Assembly (NCBI GenBank): GCA_021792615.1
Contig: JAJYUJ010000011.1
Coordinates: 2,179-66,178, forward strand
Reading direction: 5' to 3'
Source: a bacterium
GTDB lineage: Bacteria > JAMCPX01
Length of the DNA stretch: 64,000 nt
Part shown: positions 18,824 through 27,875 of the stretch, piece by piece
Position numbering within the stretch: position 1 is the stretch's first letter
Layout of the letters: every line of letters starts with the position of its first letter
Notes under the pieces: generated by a model
Told to the model about the DNA's origin: nothing
Database searches by the model: none
Seen by the model: only the letters and a program-made list of their open reading frames with translations
Program-made: the position numbers and the translations under genes

Positions 18824-19822
18824 TCAATGCCTCACCTGTTTTACCATGGTATCTATGGTATCGATAACGAGCCCCGGCTGGTCAAGCTGAATAAAATGTC
18901 CGCTTTTCCGCGCTATGATCTGTTTCGCACCCGGTATGCTCCGGGCAAGATCGACCTGCAATTGTTTCCATTGGTCAAAGAGCCCCGTACTGACGAGGAA
19001 AGGAGGATAGTCTCTTGGAAGTGCCCCGCTGAGCACGACTACGGGGATGCCCCGGTGCTTTATATCCTGATATTTGATATCCGGGAACTGCCGGTCAAAC
19101 TCAACTTCGCTCTCATGGAGTGCATTCAGTTCGTCATAGATGACCTGATAAGATTTTGTCTTATATGCGAGGGAGTAAGCAACAGGCTGAAGTTTTTTCG
19201 GCAGTTTCGGGATAATGATGCTCGACGGCATATGCAGAAGACGGGGGATGCCGAACGGTGCGCCGAGCTTTCCCAAATAAATGTAAAATTTAAGATCATT
19301 TTCGAATCTGTCGAGTTTCTTCTTTGGTATTATTTTATCCATGTCCCTGTTTACCGAATCTATCAGAACAACACCGGCGGTCTCCGTTGGATGCTCGAGC
19401 GCAAAAAGCTGAACGTATATTCCGCCAAGCGATTGTCCGGCGAGTATATACGGACTTTTTACACCGGCTACTGTCAGTAACTCCTGGAGCTCTTTTACTA
19501 TTTCCTGTGCTGTGCGCGGTTTCGGACCCGGCTCGCTCCATCCATACCCTGCCCTGTCATACGAGCAAACCTCCGTGGTTTTTGCAATTTCCGGCTGTAC
19601 CCTGCTCCAGTCAAGAGAATAACTGGAAAGGCCGGCTTCGAGGATCACGACGGGACTACCGCTGCCGGTACAATACAGGTGCATCATATGACCGTACACC
19701 TTGATAAGCCTGCCCGGAGGCGGGTATTTGTAATGTTCATCCGCAAAGCATGTACGAAGAAAGACACCGGAGATTAAAACGATAAAACTTACAAGATAAA
19801 CGATGAGCCTTACCCTCTTCAT
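18824..19822 (-). CDS. Exported alpha/beta-fold hydrolase
   Basis: N-terminal signal-like helix, GQSLGG nucleophile elbow, GGGAGG RBS upstream of ATG 19822. Confidence 0.7.
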   Translation of the reverse strand: MKRVRLIVYLVSFIVLISGVFLRTCFADEHYKYPPPGRLIKVYGHMMHLYCTGSGSPVVILEAGLSSYSLDWSRVQPEIAKTTEVCSYDRAGYGWSEPGPKPRTAQEIVKELQELLTVAGVKSPYILAGQSLGGIYVQLFALEHPTETAGVVLIDSVNRDMDKIIPKKKLDRFENDLKFYIYLGKLGAPFGIPRLLHMPSSIIIPKLPKKLQPVAYSLAYKTKSYQVIYDELNALHESEVEFDRQFPDIKYQDIKHRGIPVVVLSGALPRDYPPFLVSTGLFDQWKQLQVDLARSIPGAKQIIARKSGHFIQLDQPGLVIDTIDTMVKQVRH

Positions 19823-20423
19823 GGTACCTCCCTATCAACAATATTTCTTCTCCTATCTTCCGTCTTCCGTAAGAACAGAGATCTGCAGGAACAGGATTTC
19901 TTTGACTTATTGCAAAATATCCGTTCTGTCAATACTCCATCCGTTGAACGGGCGCACTCCCGTACCGGCAGAGCGGGACCGGGACGAACGGTACAATCGC
20001 CAGAGCTCATACCGTCATAGAATTTGCTCCGTTTGCAGTATGATTCTGCAACTAAATACTCCCCGGTGTTGCCATTTATGGTCAAGGCTATTTAATACAA
20101 CAAAGGAACTTGCGTTCGCATAAGAAAGGTTATGTCAACTCATACATTTCATATCCTATGGAATCGATTTAGAAAGTCGTTTTTCCGGGATGGATTAATT
20201 CTTACCATCCAGGAAGCTTGTGCATGGTCGCGAGGAACTGTCCATATGTATGGAAACATCCAAGGGGATCCAAACATATTGACAATCTTGGTTTGGTATG
20301 ATGTCATAAGCCTAATACGAAAAGCGAAGCTAACTCCATTCACCTCCGGAAGCAGATTTATTTAGATTATTGAAACCCGGCAAAGGGTTTATAAATATAT
20401 AAACATACATACAGGAGGTTTTT

Positions 20424-21263
20424 ATGAAAAGCTTCACCCAGAAGCGACATAGTGGGAAAATATTGTGTTTCGTCAGTCTCTTCTTGATTCCTATATCGAT
20501 ACTATTCTTCAGTATTCATGCAACTGCAGACGAAGGTCAAAATAACTGTAATGGATGGAAATCTGGCTGGCAACAGAACTATTGCAGTGACATCAATGTA
20601 GATACTGCCAGAGATGAATTATTATCTTCAAAGCCATTTTTAAAACTGTATGCCGCACATGAGATATTACGGGCACCTGTATGTTACGGTATTGGTCTGA
20701 GTCAGCTTGCGGAAGATATTGTGGCAAAGTACGCAGATATAGGATCGATTCCTTTTCTTTTAAGGATACTCAAACCGAACGATGATCATCAGTGCGGCTC
20801 GGGACTTGATATAAACTTACGGGCAATGGCCGCTCTTTCGATTGGTAAAATTGTAAACCAACACATAGGGGATAAATATAGAGAAGATGAGAGCACGCGC
20901 CATGATGTTGTGGATACACTTATTGATACGCTGGGCAATGGTTATGATTTAAGGATACGAATGGCCTCAGCACAAGCACTTGGAGATGCACGAGATGATG
21001 AAGCAATACCTGTATTACAGACCATCGTTTCAAACCCCAATGAAAATCCAACATTACAATTCGTAGCCATGCAGTCTCTTGCAACTCTTCAATCGGTTGC
21101 AATTAACAAAGGCTGCTCGCGACAATCGGGACAGACAAATGCGGATCCGGCGATCAATGGTTCTGCAATTGGGGACCCTCCCCCCGATATTGCCCAATCG
21201 GCACAAAACTATCTTTTACTCAACTTTGCTCCTGCATATTATAGATTATCACCACAACCATAA
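20424..21263 (+). CDS. Exported HEAT/PBS-lyase-like repeat protein
   Basis: AGGAGG at 20413-20418. Signal peptide (...FFSIHATADEG). HEAT-like repeats, e.g. LRAMAALSIGKIV and RIRMASAQALGDARDDEAIPVLQTIV. Confidence 0.7.
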   Translation: MKSFTQKRHSGKILCFVSLFLIPISILFFSIHATADEGQNNCNGWKSGWQQNYCSDINVDTARDELLSSKPFLKLYAAHEILRAPVCYGIGLSQLAEDIVAKYADIGSIPFLLRILKPNDDHQCGSGLDINLRAMAALSIGKIVNQHIGDKYREDESTRHDVVDTLIDTLGNGYDLRIRMASAQALGDARDDEAIPVLQTIVSNPNENPTLQFVAMQSLATLQSVAINKGCSRQSGQTNADPAINGSAIGDPPPDIAQSAQNYLLLNFAPAYYRLSPQP

Positions 21264-21278
21264 ATAATAGGAGGAAGT

Positions 21279-24200
21279 ATGAATATATGGAAACTACGGC
21301 ATTATATCCCTGTAGTTCTTATTTTAGCATTTTTTATCGGGGTGGATGCATGCAGTAATGGTGCATCTTGGTCGGCCACTACATTTTCATGCACTCTTCC
21401 GCCACCTGCAAATTATCCGCCTCTTTCAGAGTATATTAACAGTATTCATATTGCCAATCAAAACAGTGTTTCTGTCCCAGGGCCGATCCTCGAATATGGT
21501 GTACCGTATGAGCTTATGATAAAATTCAGTGTGCCGATAGCCGGATTTCCTATAACCGTGCTCACTATGATTCCTGCCGGTACCTGTACAGGGGAACCGA
21601 ACATTATAACAGCAGGGCCTCCCTCGATTTCTACGGATGGTTTGACCATAGCGATACCAATAACAACCCCTGCATCTCAATCCGGAGTAAGCGGATCCGG
21701 ATGCCCCTCTTATCCGTATGGCTATCAAATAAACATATGCGGCGCCGGCTCTTCGGAATGCTTAGGTTTTTTCAGTATAACTACAGTCAACGCTATCAGT
21801 TATCAGGGTACGAATACGCATGTACTTGCCGGTGGATTTTCATTCAATGTCTGGCTGAACAACCTTGACAATGATTTTCCCTATATCATGAGTTTTCTAC
21901 CGGGATATCCGGCCCCTATTGACAGCTATCCCCCGCCCGTGCCTGCCTCTGGATATTTCCCTCCCCATTCGCCGATAAATGTGGTGTTCAGTGAAGTAAT
22001 GATGGGGGGGACAAGCATGCCTATCTCTATGCTGTATAGTAGAAACAATGCTTCAGAAGGCGATGTGTTTACACCATCCGAGTTACCGGAGATAAGTTTT
22101 ACCCGTACTGACACAAGTAACAATCAGACCGTTCTTATATCAAACGGATTACTCGAACCTGCAAGCGAATATATGTTTACCTTTTTATCGGCAGGCAACA
22201 TCGATTTATATCATAATCTGTATGGAAATCAGGATTCTTCAGGGATGCCGCTGTTTCCTTATGTGAATACCGTTAATTGTGCGCAGGGTGATAAGACTTG
22301 TATAGAAAATGCTTATTGGACTGCTATTGAAAATGGCATTCCCAATGACCTTCGAGCTTTCAATACAAGCCTTGTAGGGATTGAAGGTCCCTCCTACCCC
22401 GCATTCAGCGGTTTCAATTACAGAGATGCAATATATGTCACTCCGACATCACTCTCGCTCAATGTTACCGGAAGCACAGGATCTGGAGTAAGTGCGGTGC
22501 TGTTTACTGCAGAATCTTATTTAAATGGCTCTATAACTCCCTTGGGCTCTACTAGTGTAACGAACAATCAATATTCTGCGAGTGTGCCTTTTACTGGTCT
22601 TACGGATGGTCCCTATTATTTTGTGGCACAGGAGACCACAGATAACAGTTATGATTTAATACCAGTAGTTAAAGATACAGTTCCTCCGTCAGCTCCTGGA
22701 AGTGTAATAATCTCACCAACGGACATGAGCATTGATAATATGCAAGACTTGAATTCTGTTTGTGCAACGGCGAATACATGGAATATAGGAGAGGCGCAGT
22801 TGTATATAGTGGATCCTAATAATCAGAGTACTTACATAACATCGGTAACCCTGCCCGCTAATATGACGAGTTCACAGGGATATCAATTTTGTTTCAGCAA
22901 TATCGGTATTAATCCTACAGTTACCGATATAGGGCAGAACGAGGCCGGCTATTCAGTAAATATTCCGGCGGCAGGTATTTATACTGTAGAAATAAGATTT
23001 GTTGATTTCGGAGGTCTGGAAAGCGCTGCGGGAATAGCACAACTGAAAATACATCCTGAGATAAACTACGTTATAAATGGTAACGCAGCTCCGGGATCGT
23101 CATACGACGGCTGCCCGGGACAGATATTTACTGTTTATGGGGATGGATTCAATTTAACCAATACCACGGTTTTTGTTAATGGCATAGCATGGCCTACTAC
23201 GCCCTATATAGTCTCTACAAACTGGAGCATATTATATGGACAACCAGTCCCAACTTCTATAGCTTTATCAACAGCCATGCCGTCAAACGCGATATCCGGG
23301 TATATAACGGTCGCAACCAACGGTGTAGCAAGCGTCCCGGGCACATCACCTTTAACTAATACTAAAGTAATTGTGCCGTGGGCAATAGATAAGTATGTTG
23401 ATACAGGGTATACGCCTGTAGGTATATCGATAGTGCTCGGTCAATTTGATTATCCAAGAATTGCGTCTACAGATGGAAATAATTTGTATTATTATTTTTG
23501 GAATGGAACACAATGGATTACGAATGCTGTCAAAGTAGATTATGTAACTCCCTTTACTGATGTGACGGATTTGTCTCAAAGTATGAGTAGTAAAATTTCA
23601 CTTGCACTTGATCAATCAGGCAATCCAGACATAGCCTATGCGAAACTATTTAAATTGCCTAATGGTCAACCCGCCATAGGTCTTTACTTCGCCTATGGAA
23701 CAAAAAAGATATTGGGTAGCCTTATATACTATTCATTTAACCAACAATTAATTGATACATTAGCTACTTGTACATATCAATCAACAATTAATAATATTAA
23801 ACAATATAGTTGTGATAATGAATGGCTTAGTGGTAATTATTCTATTTCGATTGTTTACAATACCAGTACGGGGAATCCGGTCATTTCTTATCGTGGATTG
23901 TGGAGTGCAACACCTGCTATAATTTCCACGGAAATCTCTTCTTCCGGTAACATGATAAAATCAGAAGTAGCACCAATTAATAGCACTGGTGGTTTTTATA
24001 GTGATATGAAACAAGATGAATCTGGGGATCTTGGCATTATATTTAACACCTCATTTGTTCCAGTACCACTTTTTAACAACAATATGGAAGGTGGAGTGGA
24101 ATATGCACAACAACCACCGAACCTTAACTGGATAACAAGTTGGGTAGATTCTCTTACGTATCTTGCAGCACCATATAGCTTAACATTTGCCAATAATACA

Positions 24201-25919
24201 GCTATGGCAAGTACCTGCGTACCTAATAGCGGTATCGTTGTTTGGAATAATTCGAGCAACAATGTATGGTCGGATTATATTGTTGATGGTATAGCCTGCC
24301 CATACAACCTGCCTATTATAACTTCTCTGGGGTATGACCAAAACAATGGCGAGCTTGATGTTAGTTACTATGATTCCACTAAACATATATTAAAAATGGC
24401 AACAGGAAGTTATAAGACTTGGTTACCTAACATAGCTGATATAGGTATAAATGCAGGCACAGTAAATTCCGTTGCAATTGATAGCAACGGCAAGGCGGAT
24501 ATTGCATATAGTGATAATAACAACGGCAGATTACTTTTCTTTCAAGAAGCAAACGGGAACTTTATTTCTACCAACCCAAATTATGTTAACAGTCCGACAT
24601 CGTGTGATGTGAACAAATTCAGTAAAATTAGCATTCCAACAACGACTATAGATTCATTTGCAAATAGTATTATATCGAATCCTTTAATAACTTTACCATT
24701 CCCACTTAATCTATTTTCTCTCAATCAAAATAATTTTACTATGTTTCTTTTAGGTGCTCTGGATAGAAATGATACCCTAACAATTGATCAGAATAACAAT
24801 ACATCATCTTATACATTGACATTGTCCAATTCTGCCGGTCAAAATATAGGTGATGGCGAGACACTCGATATTACCGTAGACTTGAATGCATTACAAAATA
24901 ACATCTTAAACATCAGTACAAATTTTATGGATGTCGATGATACATTATTTTCCAGTGTCCCACATAATATGTTGATGGTTGCTTCAACTACTACGGGATT
25001 AACTATTGAATATACTGTTGATGGGCTTAATTATGGAACCATAGCTATTGGGAATGGGAGTTATTTAGGGTCTATTTATGGCCTTTCAAAGACCTGTCCG
25101 TCGGGAAGCACAGCGATAGGATTCGGGGCATGTGATATTAGTAAAATATCATTACAAAGTTTTCTAACTTCATTTTTTCCTATAGGAATGGGTAACACTT
25201 TAGAATTAGCTATAGTTACTCAAGGTATAAATGTTACGAAGACCTCCGTAGAACAATATTTTTCTAACAATACAAATATGTTCACGAGTCTGTTAGGAAG
25301 CTTACAGCAAATTAATGGATATATTCCACAACTTGTAAATCTTATTAATCAGAATGGCAATGGTTATGTAGCGTCTCATGCATATATTACTTTAAGTGGC
25401 GTACAGCATAGCATAACAGGCGACGGCTCATCTGAAGGTGTTATGAATCTGACAGTACCTATATATGCAGAGGTATGGGGAATCTATCATGGGTACGGCA
25501 TAAGAGCTACTTGTCCCGGTACCATAAATTTACCTCTATCACCCAATCCATATACAAGCAGTAAAGTGACATCGGTAACTGCGAGTGATATTACCAGTAC
25601 GGGGATTGATATGTTTGGACAAAATCCATACAGTTCTCCTTTTAGTTATAACTGCTCCCTTCATTATACAGGGACTCTAACTCAAGCAGATGAATATCTT
25701 CTTACCCATTTATTCGATGTGTCTGTATCTCTGAATGGTTCAACAACTACTGTCGGGAATTACATTAGTCATTTACTCAACTCAAATATATTATCTCAGG
25801 ATCTCACTAATGATATAGTAACTGCTACGCCGCTCAGTGTTTCTTTGACCACACCACAGTTTATTGATTCTTTGATCTTATCTACCAATAACTTAGATGT
25901 GTATATGGAGAGTAAGTGA
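21279..25919 (+). CDS. 1546-aa exported multidomain protein (Ig-like + IPT/TIG-like + six propeller-like blades + unassigned C-terminal ~470 aa)
   Basis: AGGAGG at 21269-21274. Signal/lipobox-like N-terminus (FFIGVDACSNG). GCPGQIFTVYGDGFNLTNTTVFVNG (IPT-like). Repeated ...G(N/K/E)xD(I/V)(A/S)Y... blades. N/T/S/Y-rich. AT-rich coding sequence with no long shadow ORFs. Confidence 0.8.
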   Translation: MNIWKLRHYIPVVLILAFFIGVDACSNGASWSATTFSCTLPPPANYPPLSEYINSIHIANQNSVSVPGPILEYGVPYELMIKFSVPIAGFPITVLTMIPAGTCTGEPNIITAGPPSISTDGLTIAIPITTPASQSGVSGSGCPSYPYGYQINICGAGSSECLGFFSITTVNAISYQGTNTHVLAGGFSFNVWLNNLDNDFPYIMSFLPGYPAPIDSYPPPVPASGYFPPHSPINVVFSEVMMGGTSMPISMLYSRNNASEGDVFTPSELPEISFTRTDTSNNQTVLISNGLLEPASEYMFTFLSAGNIDLYHNLYGNQDSSGMPLFPYVNTVNCAQGDKTCIENAYWTAIENGIPNDLRAFNTSLVGIEGPSYPAFSGFNYRDAIYVTPTSLSLNVTGSTGSGVSAVLFTAESYLNGSITPLGSTSVTNNQYSASVPFTGLTDGPYYFVAQETTDNSYDLIPVVKDTVPPSAPGSVIISPTDMSIDNMQDLNSVCATANTWNIGEAQLYIVDPNNQSTYITSVTLPANMTSSQGYQFCFSNIGINPTVTDIGQNEAGYSVNIPAAGIYTVEIRFVDFGGLESAAGIAQLKIHPEINYVINGNAAPGSSYDGCPGQIFTVYGDGFNLTNTTVFVNGIAWPTTPYIVSTNWSILYGQPVPTSIALSTAMPSNAISGYITVATNGVASVPGTSPLTNTKVIVPWAIDKYVDTGYTPVGISIVLGQFDYPRIASTDGNNLYYYFWNGTQWITNAVKVDYVTPFTDVTDLSQSMSSKISLALDQSGNPDIAYAKLFKLPNGQPAIGLYFAYGTKKILGSLIYYSFNQQLIDTLATCTYQSTINNIKQYSCDNEWLSGNYSISIVYNTSTGNPVISYRGLWSATPAIISTEISSSGNMIKSEVAPINSTGGFYSDMKQDESGDLGIIFNTSFVPVPLFNNNMEGGVEYAQQPPNLNWITSWVDSLTYLAAPYSLTFANNTAMASTCVPNSGIVVWNNSSNNVWSDYIVDGIACPYNLPIITSLGYDQNNGELDVSYYDSTKHILKMATGSYKTWLPNIADIGINAGTVNSVAIDSNGKADIAYSDNNNGRLLFFQEANGNFISTNPNYVNSPTSCDVNKFSKISIPTTTIDSFANSIISNPLITLPFPLNLFSLNQNNFTMFLLGALDRNDTLTIDQNNNTSSYTLTLSNSAGQNIGDGETLDITVDLNALQNNILNISTNFMDVDDTLFSSVPHNMLMVASTTTGLTIEYTVDGLNYGTIAIGNGSYLGSIYGLSKTCPSGSTAIGFGACDISKISLQSFLTSFFPIGMGNTLELAIVTQGINVTKTSVEQYFSNNTNMFTSLLGSLQQINGYIPQLVNLINQNGNGYVASHAYITLSGVQHSITGDGSSEGVMNLTVPIYAEVWGIYHGYGIRATCPGTINLPLSPNPYTSSKVTSVTASDITSTGIDMFGQNPYSSPFSYNCSLHYTGTLTQADEYLLTHLFDVSVSLNGSTTTVGNYISHLLNSNILSQDLTNDIVTATPLSVSLTTPQFIDSLILSTNNLDVYMESK

Positions 25920-25920
25920 T

Positions 25921-26931
25921 ATGAAAAGATGCACAGTAATATTCTGCAAACTATGTTTATCTACAATATTGTTAGGTTTTATTTTGGTAAATTGTGGTCA
26001 ATCACCTCATCACGGCCCCGTATCCCATACATATCAAGTTGGTGTTGCTCCTTGGGGAATAGCAATAGACAGTGCCGGGAATGTCTGGGTTGCTAATGGC
26101 ACTAACAATGTTACTGAGCTCAGTTCTTTCGGTGCAACCATAAAGGCTTATAATGTTGGTACAGGTCCTAGAGGGATAGCAGTAGATAGTGCTGGAAATG
26201 TTTGGGTAAGCAACTACGCAGATGGAACCGTTTCGGAAATAAACTTTTCTGCTTGCCCACCTTATACACCTTATAGTTGTACACTTGCCACCTATACTTA
26301 TTCTGTAGGTTCTTACCCATCAGGCATTGCTATAGATTCATCAGATAACGTATGGGTATCTAATTTTACTACTGTAACAGAAATAAGCTCTTCAGGTATA
26401 ACCATAGGTACCTATCCGGACAATATCAACGGAGGATTTGGTAGTGGTATAGCAATAGACGCATCTGGCAATGTATGGGTAGCCAATGGAAATATTACAG
26501 AATTAAGCCCCACAGGTACAACTTTAAACACTTATCAGATTGAGGCGAATGCTGTAGCAATAGATACCTCGGGGAACGTGTGGGTAGTTAATGGTAATTA
26601 TTATAATCATATCGTCAGTCAACTAAATCTTAATAAAGGTGTAATTAAGACTATCGGTGTATATTCTGTAGGAAGCAATCCTCAGAGCATAGCAATCGAT
26701 GCATCCGGCAATGTCTGGGTTACTAATAGAGGGGACGATACTGTAACCGAGTTAAGTCCTGTAGGTAAAACTATTAATACTTATTCAGTAGGCGTTAAAC
26801 CTCAAGGTATAGCTATAGATACAGTGGGTAACGTATGGGTGGCCAATGAAGGTGATATGACTGTAACAGAATTCCCTGGTATAACTAAAGGTCCTCAGTT
26901 CTTTCCATACGCGGGCCCGCAATGGCCATGA
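25921..26931 (+). CDS. NHL-repeat / Vgb-lyase-like 7-bladed beta-propeller lipoprotein
   Basis: Start moved to ATG 25921, 1 nt after the upstream TGA. Lipobox LVNCG. Seven copies of GIAID(S/A/T)xGNVWV(A/S/T/V)N...TE(L/I)S. Confidence 0.82.
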   Translation: MKRCTVIFCKLCLSTILLGFILVNCGQSPHHGPVSHTYQVGVAPWGIAIDSAGNVWVANGTNNVTELSSFGATIKAYNVGTGPRGIAVDSAGNVWVSNYADGTVSEINFSACPPYTPYSCTLATYTYSVGSYPSGIAIDSSDNVWVSNFTTVTEISSSGITIGTYPDNINGGFGSGIAIDASGNVWVANGNITELSPTGTTLNTYQIEANAVAIDTSGNVWVVNGNYYNHIVSQLNLNKGVIKTIGVYSVGSNPQSIAIDASGNVWVTNRGDDTVTELSPVGKTINTYSVGVKPQGIAIDTVGNVWVANEGDMTVTEFPGITKGPQFFPYAGPQWP

Positions 26932-26956
26932 GGAAACCATAGGGGGTTAACGATAG

Positions 26957-27160
26957 ATGAATAATTATTTATACTTTACAAAAAGTCTTGTTATAAGTTT
27001 AACAATATTGGGCATACTGGGGTCATTTGGTGGAGAGGTAATCTACCATAATCTGACTTCCACAAAATACTCATTAAGCCCGGGAGTTTCGTCTACTCTT
27101 TCTTTTGCTGAGAATGGGAGCTCGACTTCTATAAATTTTGCATTCCTATACCATTTTTGA
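26957..27160 (+). CDS. Possible small membrane protein (67 aa)
   Basis: Weak RBS (AGGGGG about 10 nt upstream) and one hydrophobic helix (LVISLTILGILGSFGG). Nothing else supports it. Confidence 0.25.
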   Translation: MNNYLYFTKSLVISLTILGILGSFGGEVIYHNLTSTKYSLSPGVSSTLSFAENGSSTSINFAFLYHF

Positions 27161-27392
27161 TTTGAAATAAATTGTCCATGAATCCTCGAAGCCGGTCGGC
27201 AACCACCTGTCCAAAAAACGTCCGTTTTTGGTACGCTCTTTTATTATTTTGTTTTCAGAGGGAAGCCCCTACCCTATTTTTGGCACCCCTTTTTTGGACA
27301 CCTAAATATTGCGATAAAAAGTGGGAGATTACCGGTGCCGGTCACTGTATAGCTCAGAATCTGCGTGAATATCCTTGGTGCTAAAGGAACAC

Positions 27393-27418
27393 CAAAAAAA
27401 AGAGGGCATACCGCCCTC
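27393..27418 (-). terminator. Rho-independent terminator overlapping the radC-remnant stop
   Basis: GAGGGC-ATACC-GCCCTC hairpin (27402-27418), followed on the minus strand by a T8 run (27394-27401). Confidence 0.6.
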
Positions 27419-27644
27419 ATAACTCATGCAAATCCGCAAAGCTGGCATACCTGCCATGCCCTATAATGATATGATCCACAAGGTTAATTCCTACCAGCTC
27501 GCACACCTGTTTGATGTTTCTTGTTCCTGCCTTGTCTTCTGCCGATGGATCTACTTCTCCTGACAGATGAGGTTGAATCGAAAACAGTTCGATTGCGCTG
27601 TTGCTGCTCCCACCATCCCCAAGGTCGTCTGATATGATTGTCAT
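27417..27644 (-). pseudogene. Truncated RadC-like JAB-domain remnant (C-terminal ~60 residues only)
   Basis: Ends ...INLVDHIIIGHGRYASFADLHEL like RadC C-termini. The expected HNHPSG metal site reads IQPHLSGE. The whole N-terminal portion is absent. Confidence 0.6.
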
Positions 27645-27737
27645 ATGGCTTTACATTCTCATAAATCCATACCGGTTTACTGTTATTGCTGTACCGTGGA
27701 CCCCTTCTTTGAAAAGTGCGATGTTCTGAGCAGGTTT

Positions 27738-27766
27738 TTTATACCTTGAACAGCCTTGTTTATAAT
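27738..27766 (+). promoter_or_regulatory. Candidate sigma70-type promoter for ctp-ftsB
   Basis: TTTATA (27738-27743), 17-bp spacer, TATAAT (27761-27766), about 110 nt upstream of ATG 27876. Sequence match only. Confidence 0.3.
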
Positions 27767-27875
27767 CTTACCATTTGAAACTGGGGATCACTCATGTTTC
27801 GTACTTCAATCTCTTGTCTTTTCAATAAAGAGGCGTTATGATATCAAAATGAATAAACCGAATACGGAGGAAAAT

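Noticed and set aside
20257-20278. Candidate terminal inverted repeat of the AT-rich island (20257-20278 vs reverse complement of 27265-27302)
   Set aside because: The similarity (TCCAA..GGGG..CCAAA.ATA) needs a 4-nt gap and is low-complexity, so it could easily be chance. It is mentioned only as something to test.
20132-20365. 77-aa ORF in the long spacer, and the idea of an RNase P or SRP RNA there (AGAAAGTCG at ~20171, TCCGGAAGCAG at ~20345)
   Set aside because: The short matches to the P4 and SRP domain IV consensus are partial and are not accompanied by the other universally conserved elements. The ORF has no supporting features.
27172-27384. 70-aa ORF (MSMNPRSRSATTCPKNV...)
   Set aside because: It is encoded across the CCAAAAA motif cluster and hairpins. 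It has no RBS and no recognisable fold or TM pattern, so the region is treated as non-coding.
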